DNA of 64,000 nt from an uncultured bacterium (GCA_963813815.1 CAWFAD010000005.1:49932-113931), one strand, 5' to 3'. Shown: positions 1 to 10,495, counted from the stretch's first letter. Translations and numbers: made by a program. The notes: a model not told the origin generated them from the letters alone.

Positions 1-319
1 GGCTCGTCGAAACGAGCACGACGCTGCTCGCGATTCCGGTTCGCGAGAGCGACGAGATCCACAGAATGAAGTGGAGCGCGAGAAAGCCGCCGGCGAGCGC
101 GAGCGCCCCCCACTCCCCTCGCGAGAGGCCCCGTAGTTCCCGCCGCGTCGCCGCCGATCCGAGCGCCGGCGCGGCCACGAGAAGCGCCGAGAACACCATG
201 CGCAGCGCCGCCACGACGGAGGGCGGCGCATCGGCGAGCCGCGCGAAGATCGCGCCGAACGAGAGCGCGACGATCCCCGCTCCGAGAATGGAATGACACG
301 TTGCGCGACCCGGGCTCAT
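1..319 (-). CDS. EamA/DMT family transporter, partial (runs off window start)
   Basis: Hand translation from ATG at 319: MSPGRATCHSILGAGIVALSFGAIFARLADAPPSVVAALRMVFS...GGFLALHFILWISSLSRTGIASSVVLVSTS, a typical EamA N-terminal repeat; not in the ORF track because it is truncated. Confidence 0.85.
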   Translation of the reverse strand, partial: MSPGRATCHSILGAGIVALSFGAIFARLADAPPSVVAALRMVFSALLVAAPALGSAATRRELRGLSRGEWGALALAGGFLALHFILWISSLSRTGIASSVVLVSTS

Positions 320-455
320 CGATCCTCCGCCGCGGCCCGCCGCTCCGCATCGAGTGGAAGAAGCGTCCGCGCCTTTTCTCTCAAGCACCGAATCATATTG
401 AACGGGGACGGCTATTCAAGTAGATTCTGCCATCATCCGCGCTGGAGCGGCCGCC

Positions 456-1238
456 ATGAATGATAAGACCGAAGAACGATCGCGCGACAGAGTCCTCGGG
501 GAAGAATGGCTCGACTGGCACGGGAGCGCCGAGCCTTCCGTTATCCGCGAAGGGAAACGGACCTTTCTCTTGCTTTCGCTCGTCGTGCTCGCCGTTTTCC
601 TTCTCGCCGCCGCTCTCTTCTGGTACCTCGTCCTTCCCCGCTTCGAGCAGTACGGTCGCGGGGCCGCCGCCGCCTTCACGGTGGTCGCGGCGTCCGGGGC
701 CGCGTTCCTTCTCTTCTGGTACGGCCTCCTCATCGGATCCGTTCTCTCGCGCCGGCTCTATCTCGCCCTCTGCATGAGCCGCGGCCGCAGGCTTCTCTTC
801 ATGCTCTTTCCGTTCGTCGCGCGGCTCGCCTCGTCCCTCGGCATCTCGCGCGACCGCATCGGCCACTCCTTCATAGAAGTGAGCAACCGGCTCACCGCGG
901 CATCCGGGGGAAGCGGCGTCGTGCTCGCGCTCATCCCCCGCTGTCTCCGCCCGGAGCTCAAGCGGGAGCTTCGGGAAATCTGCTCGGCCCATCCGGACGT
1001 CGTGCTCCACACGGCTCCCGGCGGCACCGAAGCGCGCGCCTACATCCGCGAGCTGCATCCGCGGGCGATCGTCGCGGTCGCCTGCGAGCGCGATCTCATG
1101 GGAGGAATCCATGACGTCGCTCCGCACATCCCGGTCATCGGCGTTCCGAACTCGCGTCCGGCCGGCCCCTGCAAGGAGACGGTCATCGACATCGACGCCT
1201 TTCGCGAAGCGCTGCGGTTCTTCGGCGGGCCTTCGTGA
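456..1238 (+). CDS. DUF116-like membrane protein
   Basis: Two TM helices, then PRCLR, APGGTEAR, AIVAVACERDL and RPAGPCKET motifs. Confidence 0.75.
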   Translation: MNDKTEERSRDRVLGEEWLDWHGSAEPSVIREGKRTFLLLSLVVLAVFLLAAALFWYLVLPRFEQYGRGAAAAFTVVAASGAAFLLFWYGLLIGSVLSRRLYLALCMSRGRRLLFMLFPFVARLASSLGISRDRIGHSFIEVSNRLTAASGGSGVVLALIPRCLRPELKRELREICSAHPDVVLHTAPGGTEARAYIRELHPRAIVAVACERDLMGGIHDVAPHIPVIGVPNSRPAGPCKETVIDIDAFREALRFFGGPS

Positions 1239-1262
1239 AACCGGGGGCGGCGGACGGCAGGT

Positions 1263-1646
1263 TCAGATGGATTGAACGTTGTTTCGGGCGAGGAGCTCCG
1301 CGATCTTCTCGAGCAGCGTCCCCGTATTGAAGGGCTTCTCCATCCAGATGTCGGGGCTTATCGACGCCTCGTCTCCCTGTCCCCAACGGCTATGCGCCGT
1401 GAGCATGATCACGGGGACCCCGCTCAGTCCCTCGGCGCGGCGTATCCCGCGGCACACCTCCGCTCCGTCGAGCACCGGAAGCGTGAGATCCAGTATGACG
1501 AGATCGGGACGTTGCGCGAGCGCCGTCTCGAGACCCTCTTTTCCGTCGTGCGCGCTGATGGTTTCGTATCCCGCGCGTTTCAGGATGAACTCCAGAATCT
1601 TCACGAGATGAACCTCGTCGTCGATTATGAGAATCCTCGGGGCCAT
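1263..1646 (-). CDS. Single-domain response regulator receiver
   Basis: RILIIDDE, LVILDLTLP (phospho-acceptor Asp), MLTA, EKPF; start chosen at MAPRIL. Confidence 0.9.
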   Translation of the reverse strand: MAPRILIIDDEVHLVKILEFILKRAGYETISAHDGKEGLETALAQRPDLVILDLTLPVLDGAEVCRGIRRAEGLSGVPVIMLTAHSRWGQGDEASISPDIWMEKPFNTGTLLEKIAELLARNNVQSI

Positions 1647-1866
1647 TCTATCGCCCGTCCTCCGATGTCGAGATCGCGTTCGAGCGTCCTTGGTTCGATG
1701 GAGCCGCCTCAGGTTTCCCTTGAAAGATGCATGCCAGAACAAGTTCTATCCACTCGACATCCGCGCGGGGGATGTGATATAATAACAGCATTGGAAGCAA
1801 TTCGTTGCTTGAAGCGTTTATAAATCGGCATTAAGTAGCTAGTATAACATCATGGGAGGAAATAAG

Positions 1867-2262
1867 ATGCGCAAGGCTACTTACGCTGTTTCGATTTTCA
1901 CCGTCGCGGCCATGCTTCTTTTTGCGACAACCGCCGCATTTGCGGCGCCCGCCGCGGTGAAAAAGAGCGTCCAGAAGCTCGAGAACGGCAACTACCTCAT
2001 CAAGCTCGTCGTCACGGCGGAGAGAGGCGAGCTGTACGCCTTCGAGCTCAAGGATCCGCAGAGCGCCATCATCGACGTCTACGCGCCGAAGAGCTGGTGC
2101 ATGCTCACCGACGGCGCCGCGCTCCTCTCGCGCACGGAGTCGGCTCCGATCGACGCCAAGAGAGGCCTCGAGTTCATCATCCACGCGACGAGCCCCGACG
2201 CGCAGTTCGTCTGGACGTTCTTCGACCGCGTGAAGCAGATCGGCGCTCCCGAAGTTCTCTAG
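1867..2262 (+). CDS. Secreted hypothetical protein
   Basis: GGAGGA RBS, signal peptide MRKATYAVSIFTVAAMLLFATTAAFA, coding-like codon usage. Confidence 0.75.
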   Translation: MRKATYAVSIFTVAAMLLFATTAAFAAPAAVKKSVQKLENGNYLIKLVVTAERGELYAFELKDPQSAIIDVYAPKSWCMLTDGAALLSRTESAPIDAKRGLEFIIHATSPDAQFVWTFFDRVKQIGAPEVL

Positions 2263-2283
2263 GCTTCGCGCCACGGCATTGAC

Positions 2284-2340
2284 ATCACCCGGGGCGATCC
2301 TCTCACACGTGAGGATGGATCTCCTCGGGTGATTCTTTTT
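2284..2340 (+). terminator. Long hairpin with U-tract between convergent genes
   Basis: ATCACCCGGGGCGATCC...GGATCTCCTCGGGTGAT followed by TCTTTTT. Confidence 0.6.
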
Positions 2341-2353
2341 GCGGGGGACCATT

Positions 2354-3799
2354 TCAATCCATGCTGTATTGGCCGACATCGACGTCGCGCACCGGATTGT
2401 CGAGTATGCCGACGATGCGGCGCAGGGGCTTCTTGGTGAGGGGGTCCAGCTCTCCGAGATCGATCACGATCTCGTCGCCGACCGCTTCGCCGGATGGGCT
2501 CGTCAAGAGTCGAACGCGCGCGATCTCCTTGCCCGGCGCGCCGAATTCGACCACGACGGCGGTCTCGCCGGTCGAGAGCTTCAGCACGCTCCCGATCGGA
2601 ATGTTCCCGAGCATGCGCAGGAATACGTTGAAGAAATCCCGGTGGAACTCGGTCCCGCTCCCCTTCGCCATCAGCTTGATGGCCTCGTACGGATTGAGCT
2701 GCCGGCGGTACGGGCGTCTCGTCGTGAGCGCGTCGTAGGTATCGGCGATGCGGACGATCTCGCTTCCCTTGTGCGCCGTGAATCCGGGCTTCGGTTTGGG
2801 ATAGCCCACGTAGTCGTGCCGCATATGATGCTCGTAGGCGACGCGCCGGCAGAGAAGGTCGAATCCCTCCTCCCTCAATATGCGCTCGCCGTCGACGGGA
2901 TGCCGCTTCATTGCCTGCCATTCGCTCGGCGTCAGGCGCCCCGTTTTCCGGATAATCTCGAGCGGCACGTAAAGCTTTCCGATGTCGTGCATGAGCGCCG
3001 CATGCGCGATACCGTCGATGAAACCCTCGGAGAACCCGAGCGCGCTCGATATCGCCGCCGCTATGACGGCCACGTTGATCGAATGCGTGAAGGTGTAGTC
3101 GTCGAACTCTCTCAGCGAGTTGAGGAGCAGGATGGTCGCCGTGTCGCGCCCCTCCCGCTCGATGACGCCCATGATCGCCTCGCCGGCATTCGCCCCGTCC
3201 TTCGACTGGAGCTTTTCGAGCCGCTGGAGAATGCCGTGAACGACCTTCCCCATGGCCCCGCCGCCCGCTCCGCCCGCCGCTCCATCGCGCTCTTCGTTCA
3301 GCACGAGGTCGCGTCCGGCCGGAACGAGAGAGCGCTCGGGCGCGATGTCCGCCGCCGCAGACCGGTTCCGCACGCGGATGCTGCGAACCTGCGCGCCGAG
3401 CGTCGCGAAATCGGCCCCGGCGACGCCGCAAGGAGGCGCCGCGAGCAGCCGCGCGAAGCACGCGAGCTCTTCGGACGTCGTTTCCCGCTGAAACTCGATC
3501 TCGCCGATAGCGTGCCTCGTGAGCGACTCGCGCAGGAGAAGAGCGGCCTGATCGTGCGTCTCCCGCAGGTCGACCACGAAATTGAGGCAATGAAGGGATT
3601 TTCCCGAAAAGAAAAGCTGCACGGATTTGCGGCGCTCGAGAAGCACGCCGAGATGCAGGTGGGCCTGCTTGAGCGCTTTTTTCACGGACGGATGCCCGGC
3701 CGGAAACAGGCGCGACTGCAGAACGAGCTGCGCGAGGGAACTGATCGACTCGCGTAGCTGCTGAAACTCGAGCGGCAATGCCTCCAATACTGCCTGCAT
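2354..3799 (-). CDS. HD-GYP domain protein (putative cyclic-di-GMP phosphodiesterase)
   Basis: YTFTHSINV, HDIGK, HPVDG, HHMRHDYVGYP, IADTYDALTTRRPYR. Confidence 0.9.
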   Translation of the reverse strand: MQAVLEALPLEFQQLRESISSLAQLVLQSRLFPAGHPSVKKALKQAHLHLGVLLERRKSVQLFFSGKSLHCLNFVVDLRETHDQAALLLRESLTRHAIGEIEFQRETTSEELACFARLLAAPPCGVAGADFATLGAQVRSIRVRNRSAAADIAPERSLVPAGRDLVLNEERDGAAGGAGGGAMGKVVHGILQRLEKLQSKDGANAGEAIMGVIEREGRDTATILLLNSLREFDDYTFTHSINVAVIAAAISSALGFSEGFIDGIAHAALMHDIGKLYVPLEIIRKTGRLTPSEWQAMKRHPVDGERILREEGFDLLCRRVAYEHHMRHDYVGYPKPKPGFTAHKGSEIVRIADTYDALTTRRPYRRQLNPYEAIKLMAKGSGTEFHRDFFNVFLRMLGNIPIGSVLKLSTGETAVVVEFGAPGKEIARVRLLTSPSGEAVGDEIVIDLGELDPLTKKPLRRIVGILDNPVRDVDVGQYSMD

Positions 3800-3940
3800 C
3801 GACCCTCTCTTGCGCGGACGATTCAATCAGTAAACGGAATAACCCGTTGCCATTAAATGCAAATATCATACCTATAGGACGGCCCCCGGCCCCTTGTCGT
3901 CCACGAAACGACGTTGATTCCGGGGAAGCGCCGCCGTAAG

Positions 3941-5995
3941 ATGTCCGTCATGACGACCTCGTCGCGCAAAATCACGAGTATGCTCCGCGGCTCGGGCCCG
4001 GCAATCGCCCTGCTCGCTTTCCTTCTCTCCTCTTGCGCGTTGCATCCAGAACGGAGGCAAGTCGTTGAGGAAGCAGATTTTATCGAGCAGATACCGCAGG
4101 CGGAGCGAGTCGATCTCGCCGAGCGCATAGCGGCGCTCTCCGGGGAAATCGAGCTCGATTTCAAAAACGCCGAGCTCCATCGCCGCCTCGCGGTTCTTTA
4201 TCGGCTGCAAGGTACCCCCCGCAGCCGTCTTCTCTCCTTGGAGGAAATCGACCGGGCGATCATGCTCGATCCGGGGAACGCAGTCTACCGGGTCGAAAAG
4301 GGCCTCACCCTCGCCGCCCGCCGATTCGCGGGCGAAGCGGAAGCGGCCTTCCTCGAAGCGACGCGGCTCGATCCGCGATGCTCGGCGGCGTGGTTCCAGC
4401 TCGGCCGCCTCGAGCGCGACGAGTACCTCGCCACGATGTGCTATCCGGATCATCTCGCGAAGGCGATCGAGCATTTCGGCAAGGCCCTGCAGCGCAACCG
4501 CAAGGATGAGGAAACGCTTCTCAATCTGGCGTTCCTCCATTCGCTCCGTCAGATGCACCGGACGGGCTTGCAGCACGCCACCCGCGCCGCCGCATACCAT
4601 CCGCGGAGCGCCCGCGCACGTCTGCTCGCCGGGATGCTCCTCACGAAGCTCATGCGATTCGGAGCGGCCGACTCATCGTTCGCGAGCGCCTTTCTCCTCA
4701 TGAGCGAGGAAGAGCGCAAGCCGTACGAGAACATCGCTCCGCTCCTTTCGGACGAGGAGCGCGAGCTCTACCTTTCGTCCCTCCCGGCGAAGCGCGAGGA
4801 CTGGAACCGCCGATTCTGGGCCGAAGCGGATCCGACGCCGGCGACCGAGGCCAACGAGCGGCTGCTCGAGCACTACAGCCGCGTCGTCATCGCCGACTGG
4901 GCGCTGTCGAACGAGCGGATGGATCTCGTCGGGTCGCAATCCGACCGCGGCGCCGCGCTCATCCGCTTCGGGGTGCCCGACCGGAAGTACCACGATCTCG
5001 GCTCGGGCACGTCCGGCGCATGGGTCGTTTGGGGCTATAACCTGCCCGGCGGCGCCATGCTCCTGTATTTCAACGACGAGTTTCTGAACGGCGACTACCA
5101 TTTCCCCATCAGCGACTATTACGGCGCCGTTTCGCGCCGGATGCTCGAGACGGCCCCCCAGCGGTACGAATATCCGATCGCCTACGCCGCGTTTCCGATC
5201 GGCGTCGAGATGGCGGAGCTCCGCGGCTCGGATGAGCGGACGCGCATAGAGTTTTCGCTGGCGATCCCCGATTCGACGAGGACGGGCGGCGGGAGATGGA
5301 ACCTCTTTCTCACGCTCTTCGACTCCGAGTGGAACCGCTTCTCGCGCGACCGCTTGACGTTTCGCTCCGACAGTCTCGTGCGGATCGAAAAACCGGGCGG
5401 CGCTTACTTCGTTTACTCCGCCGCGATCGAGACGCTGCCGCGCGAGCTCGGCGGCACCTGCGTTCTCGAGCTCGTCGACGACGCGAGCCGAAAGAAGGCC
5501 GTGCGCCGCTATCCGCTCGCGCTGCGCTCCCTGCACGGCCGTTCCCTCAAGATCTCGGACATCAAGTTCACGATGCCCGCGGGGGGCGCCTGCGGGAGCG
5601 TCGTCGACCCGCTGTCCCTCTATTTTCGGAAGGACTCCCTCTGCCTCTCCTACGAAGTGTACAACCTCGAGCCCGGCGCGGACGGAATGTCTCGCTATCG
5701 CATCACGTACGCCATCCAGAAGCCCGGCCCGGAAGAGGGCGACTCTCGGGCGAGCCCGCGGCGCACGCTATCCTACATGTGGCGCGGAATACGCGGGGGA
5801 AAGGATGACGAGAAACCATACGTGAAGAGCAGCTTCGAGCAGCGCACGAACGCCACCGTCGTCGTCGACCGTCTTCGCATCGACCTCGGCTCGCTCGATC
5901 CGGGAGCCTATCTCCTCGTTTTGCTCGTCGAGGATCTCGAAACGGGGCAGTCGGCCGGCGGGAGCAGGAGATTCACCATCAGCGACTCAAGCTGA
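3941..5995 (+). CDS. TPR plus GWxTD-like domain lipoprotein
   Basis: Lipobox LLSSC, TPR-like helices, FWAEADPTPATEANERLLEHYSRV...GSQSDRGAALIRFGVPD; alternative start 3980. Confidence 0.75.
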   Translation: MSVMTTSSRKITSMLRGSGPAIALLAFLLSSCALHPERRQVVEEADFIEQIPQAERVDLAERIAALSGEIELDFKNAELHRRLAVLYRLQGTPRSRLLSLEEIDRAIMLDPGNAVYRVEKGLTLAARRFAGEAEAAFLEATRLDPRCSAAWFQLGRLERDEYLATMCYPDHLAKAIEHFGKALQRNRKDEETLLNLAFLHSLRQMHRTGLQHATRAAAYHPRSARARLLAGMLLTKLMRFGAADSSFASAFLLMSEEERKPYENIAPLLSDEERELYLSSLPAKREDWNRRFWAEADPTPATEANERLLEHYSRVVIADWALSNERMDLVGSQSDRGAALIRFGVPDRKYHDLGSGTSGAWVVWGYNLPGGAMLLYFNDEFLNGDYHFPISDYYGAVSRRMLETAPQRYEYPIAYAAFPIGVEMAELRGSDERTRIEFSLAIPDSTRTGGGRWNLFLTLFDSEWNRFSRDRLTFRSDSLVRIEKPGGAYFVYSAAIETLPRELGGTCVLELVDDASRKKAVRRYPLALRSLHGRSLKISDIKFTMPAGGACGSVVDPLSLYFRKDSLCLSYEVYNLEPGADGMSRYRITYAIQKPGPEEGDSRASPRRTLSYMWRGIRGGKDDEKPYVKSSFEQRTNATVVVDRLRIDLGSLDPGAYLLVLLVEDLETGQSAGGSRRFTISDSS

Positions 5996-6395
5996 ACGGA
6001 ACGCGCACGAAGGGAATCGGCTTTCCGCTGTCGGAGTCGGTCGACGCCTCTTCCTCTTCGCCCGGATCAATCATCATGTACACCAGGTAGCCGACGGCAG
6101 CCGCCACGATGGCGACCATGACGACTTCCTTGTAGATCCCCGGTCCCTCTTCTTCCTCGAGCTCGACGTCGAACGTTTCCACGCTGTCCTGGCCCGAGGC
6201 GGAGAAGAGCGCCGGGGCTCCGCCCAGAGCCTCATCCGCTCCGGAGACGAGCTCGAGCCGCGGGGCGCTGCCCGCGGCCGGCCCGAGGATCCCGCTCGAG
6301 TCGAACACGCTCTCGCTCCGCGAGGGCGAGGTCCACAGCAGCGACCAGGCGAGCATCGAGACGAGGGCGACCGGCGTACCTATTCTCTTTCGCAT
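5979..6395 (-). CDS. Hypothetical exported/membrane protein
   Basis: Signal peptide, acidic linker, one TM helix; follows the nitroreductase gene closely. Confidence 0.65.
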   Translation of the reverse strand: MRKRIGTPVALVSMLAWSLLWTSPSRSESVFDSSGILGPAAGSAPRLELVSGADEALGGAPALFSASGQDSVETFDVELEEEEGPGIYKEVVMVAIVAAAVGYLVYMMIDPGEEEEASTDSDSGKPIPFVRVPFSLSR

Positions 6396-6401
6396 GCTCC
6401 A

Positions 6402-6944
6402 TCACTTCCACAAATCGGTTTCGGTTTTGTCCCAGCGGTCGTACCTGAGAATATCCTCGAGCGCCTTGCGCGGCCGCACGACGCGTTCGCCGGAGGGATA
6501 CCCTATCGGCGTGAGGGCGACGATCTTTTGGTCGTCGGGAACGCCGAGAACGGCGCGCACCTCTTCCTCGAGAAAGGCGCCGATCCAGCACGTGCCGAGC
6601 CCCTCGGCCGAGGCCGCGAGCATGAGATGCTCAAAGGCTATGCCGATGTCGACCGGCAGGCTGTTCCAGTACCCGCCCATCTTCTGATACGCCATATCTT
6701 CGCGCCCGCACGCGGCGACGACGACCGGCGCCTCGGCGATGAAGCTCTGGCCCTTGCACGCCGGAACGAGCCGCAGCTTCGTCTCGCGATCCGTCACGAC
6801 GACAAAGGTCCACGGCTGCCCGTTCTTTCCCGAGGGCGCGAGTCGGGCCGCATCGAGAACGCGGCGCAGCTTGTCCGGCTCAACGGGATCGGACCGGTAA
6901 GCGCGCACGCTCGTCCGAAGTGTGATTGCGTCATAGATGTCCAT
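6402..6944 (-). CDS. Nitroreductase family protein
   Basis: RTSVRAY, APSGKNGQPW, GLGTCWIG, TPIGYP; GAGG RBS before MDIYDAI. Confidence 0.92.
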   Translation of the reverse strand: MDIYDAITLRTSVRAYRSDPVEPDKLRRVLDAARLAPSGKNGQPWTFVVVTDRETKLRLVPACKGQSFIAEAPVVVAACGREDMAYQKMGGYWNSLPVDIGIAFEHLMLAASAEGLGTCWIGAFLEEEVRAVLGVPDDQKIVALTPIGYPSGERVVRPRKALEDILRYDRWDKTETDLWK

Positions 6945-7044
6945 CGAGCCTCCTCGGTTCCACCCGCTCGCATGTAAATATAGTATGCCGGGCGTCGAAA
7001 TTCCACGATAACCCTTCCGCCGGGCGCGGGTTCGGCGCGCGTTC

Positions 7045-7074
7045 TTGCATTCTCCCCCCCGCCGACCGTATACT
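7045..7074 (+). promoter_or_regulatory. Sigma70-like promoter for the TonB-like gene
   Basis: TTGCAT-N18-TATACT. Confidence 0.5.
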
Positions 7075-7155
7075 GAAACCGGAGGGCGGCGGCAGCGCGC
7101 GTCCCCCGGGGACATCGATCGCCGAGGCGCCGCCTTCCGGCGCGAGGAATTCTTT

Positions 7156-7806
7156 ATGCATGCCGACGAAAACGGTCCGTTCCCGAAGCGGCGGCGCAGC
7201 AACCGCCAGTGGGCGCTCATCGTGTTGTGCGCGCTTCTGTTCCATGCGGCGCTTCTCCTTTTCTTCAGGCCGCAGTACCTCACGTTCCTGCGCCGGGATA
7301 TCCCTGAGGGCCAAGAGGAATGGGGCCGATTCCCGTACCTCGACAACCCGTTTCAGGTCATTCCCACGATGCCGGCGAACCCCTCCTCTCCCCTTCATCC
7401 CTCGATTCCCCTCGACCCCCGCGAAACGGGGGACGAGGAGCCCGCGGATTTCGTCATCGGAGAGCCGCAGAGCGATATGCCTCCGCTGCAGCGCCCGGCG
7501 GGAGGCGCCGGCGCCGCCGGCCGCCCCGCCGCGCGCGCGACGACCGTGCAGCCGAAGCCGCTCTACATCCCGTGGCCCACCTATCCGAGGGGAGTGAAGG
7601 AAACTCAGGGAAGCGTCGAGCTGCTCGTTCTCGTGAACGAGCGGGGGGAAGTCGAGGAAGTCACCGTCGCCAAGAGCCTCCCCGAGCGCGAGCTCAACCG
7701 GATCGCCGTCGATGCGGCCCGCAGGATCCGCTTCATTCCCGGAATGGAGCGCGGGGTGCGAGCCTCCATGTGGGTCCGCCTCTCCATCGGCTTTCAACCC
7801 CGGTAG
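7156..7806 (+). CDS. TonB-family energy transducer
   Basis: N-terminal TM with His (ALLFHAALLLFF), Pro-rich linker, TonB_C (YP...QGSVELLVLVNERGEV...AVDAARRIRFIPG). Confidence 0.8.
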   Translation: MHADENGPFPKRRRSNRQWALIVLCALLFHAALLLFFRPQYLTFLRRDIPEGQEEWGRFPYLDNPFQVIPTMPANPSSPLHPSIPLDPRETGDEEPADFVIGEPQSDMPPLQRPAGGAGAAGRPAARATTVQPKPLYIPWPTYPRGVKETQGSVELLVLVNERGEVEEVTVAKSLPERELNRIAVDAARRIRFIPGMERGVRASMWVRLSIGFQPR

Positions 7807-7867
7807 AGCCGGTTCCGGCTCCGCCGCGAAGCGCCGTCGCCCCGCTTGCGCGGGCGAGCAGGGCTCC

Positions 7868-8641
7868 TCACCACACTTCGCGGCGCGCGTAGACGTCGAA
7901 GACGCGGATCGAATAATCGGCGAACTCCCCGATCACCTCGGGATATCCGTCGCTGTTCATGTCCGCCACGGCTATCCGATCCCCGAACGGCTTGTCCCAT
8001 TCGACCTCGACGTTGAGAAAGCGAGAGTCGAGGATAATGCCGCTGTTGAGTATGATCTCGAGCTGCGGGTCCTTGTCGACGTTCTCGATCAGGATCTCGC
8101 CGGCGGTGAAGCTCCGCGAGCTCACCCATTGCCTGCTCTTCGTAAGGCCGTCGTAAATCTGAAGGCGGCCATCGGCGAGGAAGACGAGCTCGAGCTGGGG
8201 ATCGGAATCCACGTTCGCGACGTCGATCGCGTCGATGCTCTGATAGCGATCCTCGAGGTTCTCCCAGAGATTGACGTAGCTCTCCATGCTGTAGGTGAGC
8301 AACCGGCCGCTCGTCGTCGCGACGACGAACTCCATCGTTCCGTCCGCCTCGAGGTCGCAGAAAAAGAACCTGCGCACTTTAGCGCTAAGGTTCGTGACCT
8401 CCCATTCGAGCTTCCACCCGCGCTCGGTGGCGCGCAGCAGATGCAGCTTTCCGTAGGTATCGGCGTACATGACGCCCCACGCGTCCACGGTATCGAGCGC
8501 CACGACCTGCACGAGCGGGAATCGGCAACAGAGCCGCTCCACGCCGCGAAAATCGACGGCCGTCTCCTCCGCGCCGGCCGCGCAGGAGACGAGCGCGCCC
8601 GCTCCCGCGAGAATCGAAACAACGAGGGTTCGGAACAACAT
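7868..8641 (-). CDS. Exported protein with FG-GAP/VCBS-like repeats
   Basis: Repeated DLEADGTMEFV, NVDSDPQLELV, NVDKDPQLEII, DMNSDGYPEVI; signal or lipobox LVSC. Confidence 0.7.
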   Translation of the reverse strand: MLFRTLVVSILAGAGALVSCAAGAEETAVDFRGVERLCCRFPLVQVVALDTVDAWGVMYADTYGKLHLLRATERGWKLEWEVTNLSAKVRRFFFCDLEADGTMEFVVATTSGRLLTYSMESYVNLWENLEDRYQSIDAIDVANVDSDPQLELVFLADGRLQIYDGLTKSRQWVSSRSFTAGEILIENVDKDPQLEIILNSGIILDSRFLNVEVEWDKPFGDRIAVADMNSDGYPEVIGEFADYSIRVFDVYARREVW

Positions 8642-8654
8642 CCCCCTGCTCCTT

Positions 8655-10376
8655 TCACCGTGTGCCGCTATCGACGATATCGACGCCCGCGGCGGCGCCC
8701 CCGCCCCGGGGATCGCTCACGCCGCACGGACAGGCGCCGCCCATGTGTATCGCCTGCACGTCCCCGATCGAATCGGATCGCTCATCGATGGAGTGCCCCC
8801 GGTCCTCGAGGCGGCGGCGAAGGCGCTCCGTGAGAATTCCGGGCTCGAACCGGATGGCGTCCGGAAGCCATTGGTGATGAAAACGGGGCGCCGCCACCGC
8901 CTCCTCGAGGGTCATCCCGAAATCCACGATATCGACGATGACCTGCGCGACGGTCGTGATGATGGTCGATCCCCCGGGCGTTCCGAGAACGAGCACGGGC
9001 TTCCCCTCGCGCAGCACGATCGTCGGCGCCATGGAGCTCAGCATTCTCTTCCCCGGCTCGATCGCGTTCGCCTCGCCTCCGACGAGCCCGTAGAGATTCG
9101 GCGCACCCGCCTTGACCGAGAAATCGTCCATCTCGTTGTTGAGAAGAAAGCCCGCTCCCTCCACCATGAACCGCGAGCCGTAGCTGTCGTTCAGGGTGAC
9201 GGTCGTCGCGACGGCGTTTCCTCGTTTGTCGACGACGCTGTAGTGCGTCGTTTCGCGCTTTTCCCGGCCGGCCGCATCCGCCCCCGCGACGCTCGACGAA
9301 CTCGACGCCCGCGGCGCAATCGTCCGGGCGAGCTCCCCGGCGTAGTCCTTCGAGGTGAGAAGCGCGCTCATGTCCTCCACGAAGTCGGGATCGCCGAGAT
9401 AACGGGCGCGGTCGGCGAACCCGCGCCGCTCCGCCTCGACCGTGACATGTATCGCCTCCTCCGAGAAGGCGTTCATGGCCCCGAGGTCGAATCGCTCGAG
9501 CACATTGAGGATCTCGATGAGAATCGCGCCCCCCGAGCTCGGCGGCGGCGCGGAGATGATTTCGAAACCGCGGTAGTCCCCCCGCACCGGCGCTCGCTCC
9601 GCGGTCGCATAGGCGGCGAGATCTTCCTTCGAGATGATTCCTCCGCCGTCGCGCGTCCCCGCGACGATGAGATCGGCGATCGGCCCGTCGTAAAACCCAC
9701 GCGGGCCGTCGCGCGCGATGATTTCGAGCGTTCCCGCGAGCTCCGGCTGGACGAGCGTGTCGCCCGGCGCGAGCGCCGACCCGTCGGGCCTCCTGAATCG
9801 CCGCAGCCCCGGATAGCGTTCGATATACGGCTCGAGCCGCTCGAGGGACGCCGCGAGCCGCGCGCTCACGGGGAAGCCGCCGCGCGCGAGCGCGACGGCG
9901 GGCGCGAGGAGATCCGCCCATGGCAGCGTGCCGTGCAGCTCGTGAGCGCGATGCAGACCCGACACCGAGCCCGGCACGCCCGCGGCCAGCGCCCCGAGGA
10001 GGCTCAGATTCTCGATGATCTCCCCCCGCTCGTCGAGATACATGTCCCGGCGCGCGGCGAGCGGCGCCCTCTCGCGAAAATCGAGAAAGGTCGTTCGACC
10101 CGACCCGAGCCGCACGAGCATGAATCCCCCGCCCCCGATGTTCCCCGCCTGCGGATAGGTTACCGCGAGCGCGAAACCGACCGCCACGGCGGCGTCCACC
10201 GCGTTTCCGCCTCTCTCGAGGATCCCCGCTCCGACGGCGGAGGCGATCGGACACGCGCTCGCCACGATCCCTCCGCGCGCGCAGACCTCTGCGGCGCGGG
10301 CCGCCGGCGCGAAGGCGAGCGCGAGCGCGAGGGACAGGGCGACACGGACCGCGATTGACGCTGATAACCGGAACAC
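8655..10376 (-). CDS. ggt: Gamma-glutamyltransferase
   Basis: GGNAVDAAVA, GNIGGGGF, DFRERAP, ETTHYSVVD (Thr nucleophile), NNEMDDF, PGKRMLSSMAP, GTPGGSTI; start uncertain. Confidence 0.95.
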   Translation of the reverse strand: MFRLSASIAVRVALSLALALAFAPAARAAEVCARGGIVASACPIASAVGAGILERGGNAVDAAVAVGFALAVTYPQAGNIGGGGFMLVRLGSGRTTFLDFRERAPLAARRDMYLDERGEIIENLSLLGALAAGVPGSVSGLHRAHELHGTLPWADLLAPAVALARGGFPVSARLAASLERLEPYIERYPGLRRFRRPDGSALAPGDTLVQPELAGTLEIIARDGPRGFYDGPIADLIVAGTRDGGGIISKEDLAAYATAERAPVRGDYRGFEIISAPPPSSGGAILIEILNVLERFDLGAMNAFSEEAIHVTVEAERRGFADRARYLGDPDFVEDMSALLTSKDYAGELARTIAPRASSSSSVAGADAAGREKRETTHYSVVDKRGNAVATTVTLNDSYGSRFMVEGAGFLLNNEMDDFSVKAGAPNLYGLVGGEANAIEPGKRMLSSMAPTIVLREGKPVLVLGTPGGSTIITTVAQVIVDIVDFGMTLEEAVAAPRFHHQWLPDAIRFEPGILTERLRRRLEDRGHSIDERSDSIGDVQAIHMGGACPCGVSDPRGGGAAAGVDIVDSGTR

Positions 10377-10495
10377 TCTTGAACCCTTTGCGGTTAGGCC
10401 GCGGGTCAGTAAAACAGGGGATGGATACTGAACAATTCTACCAGCGCCGCGCTCCCCTGTAAATCCTGAAATGCGAGCCCCCGTTCGATTCCCCC

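Noticed and set aside
7156..7806. TonB gene without exbBD or a receptor as a novel system
   Set aside because: Orphan TonB_C proteins are common in diderms; nothing else unusual was seen.
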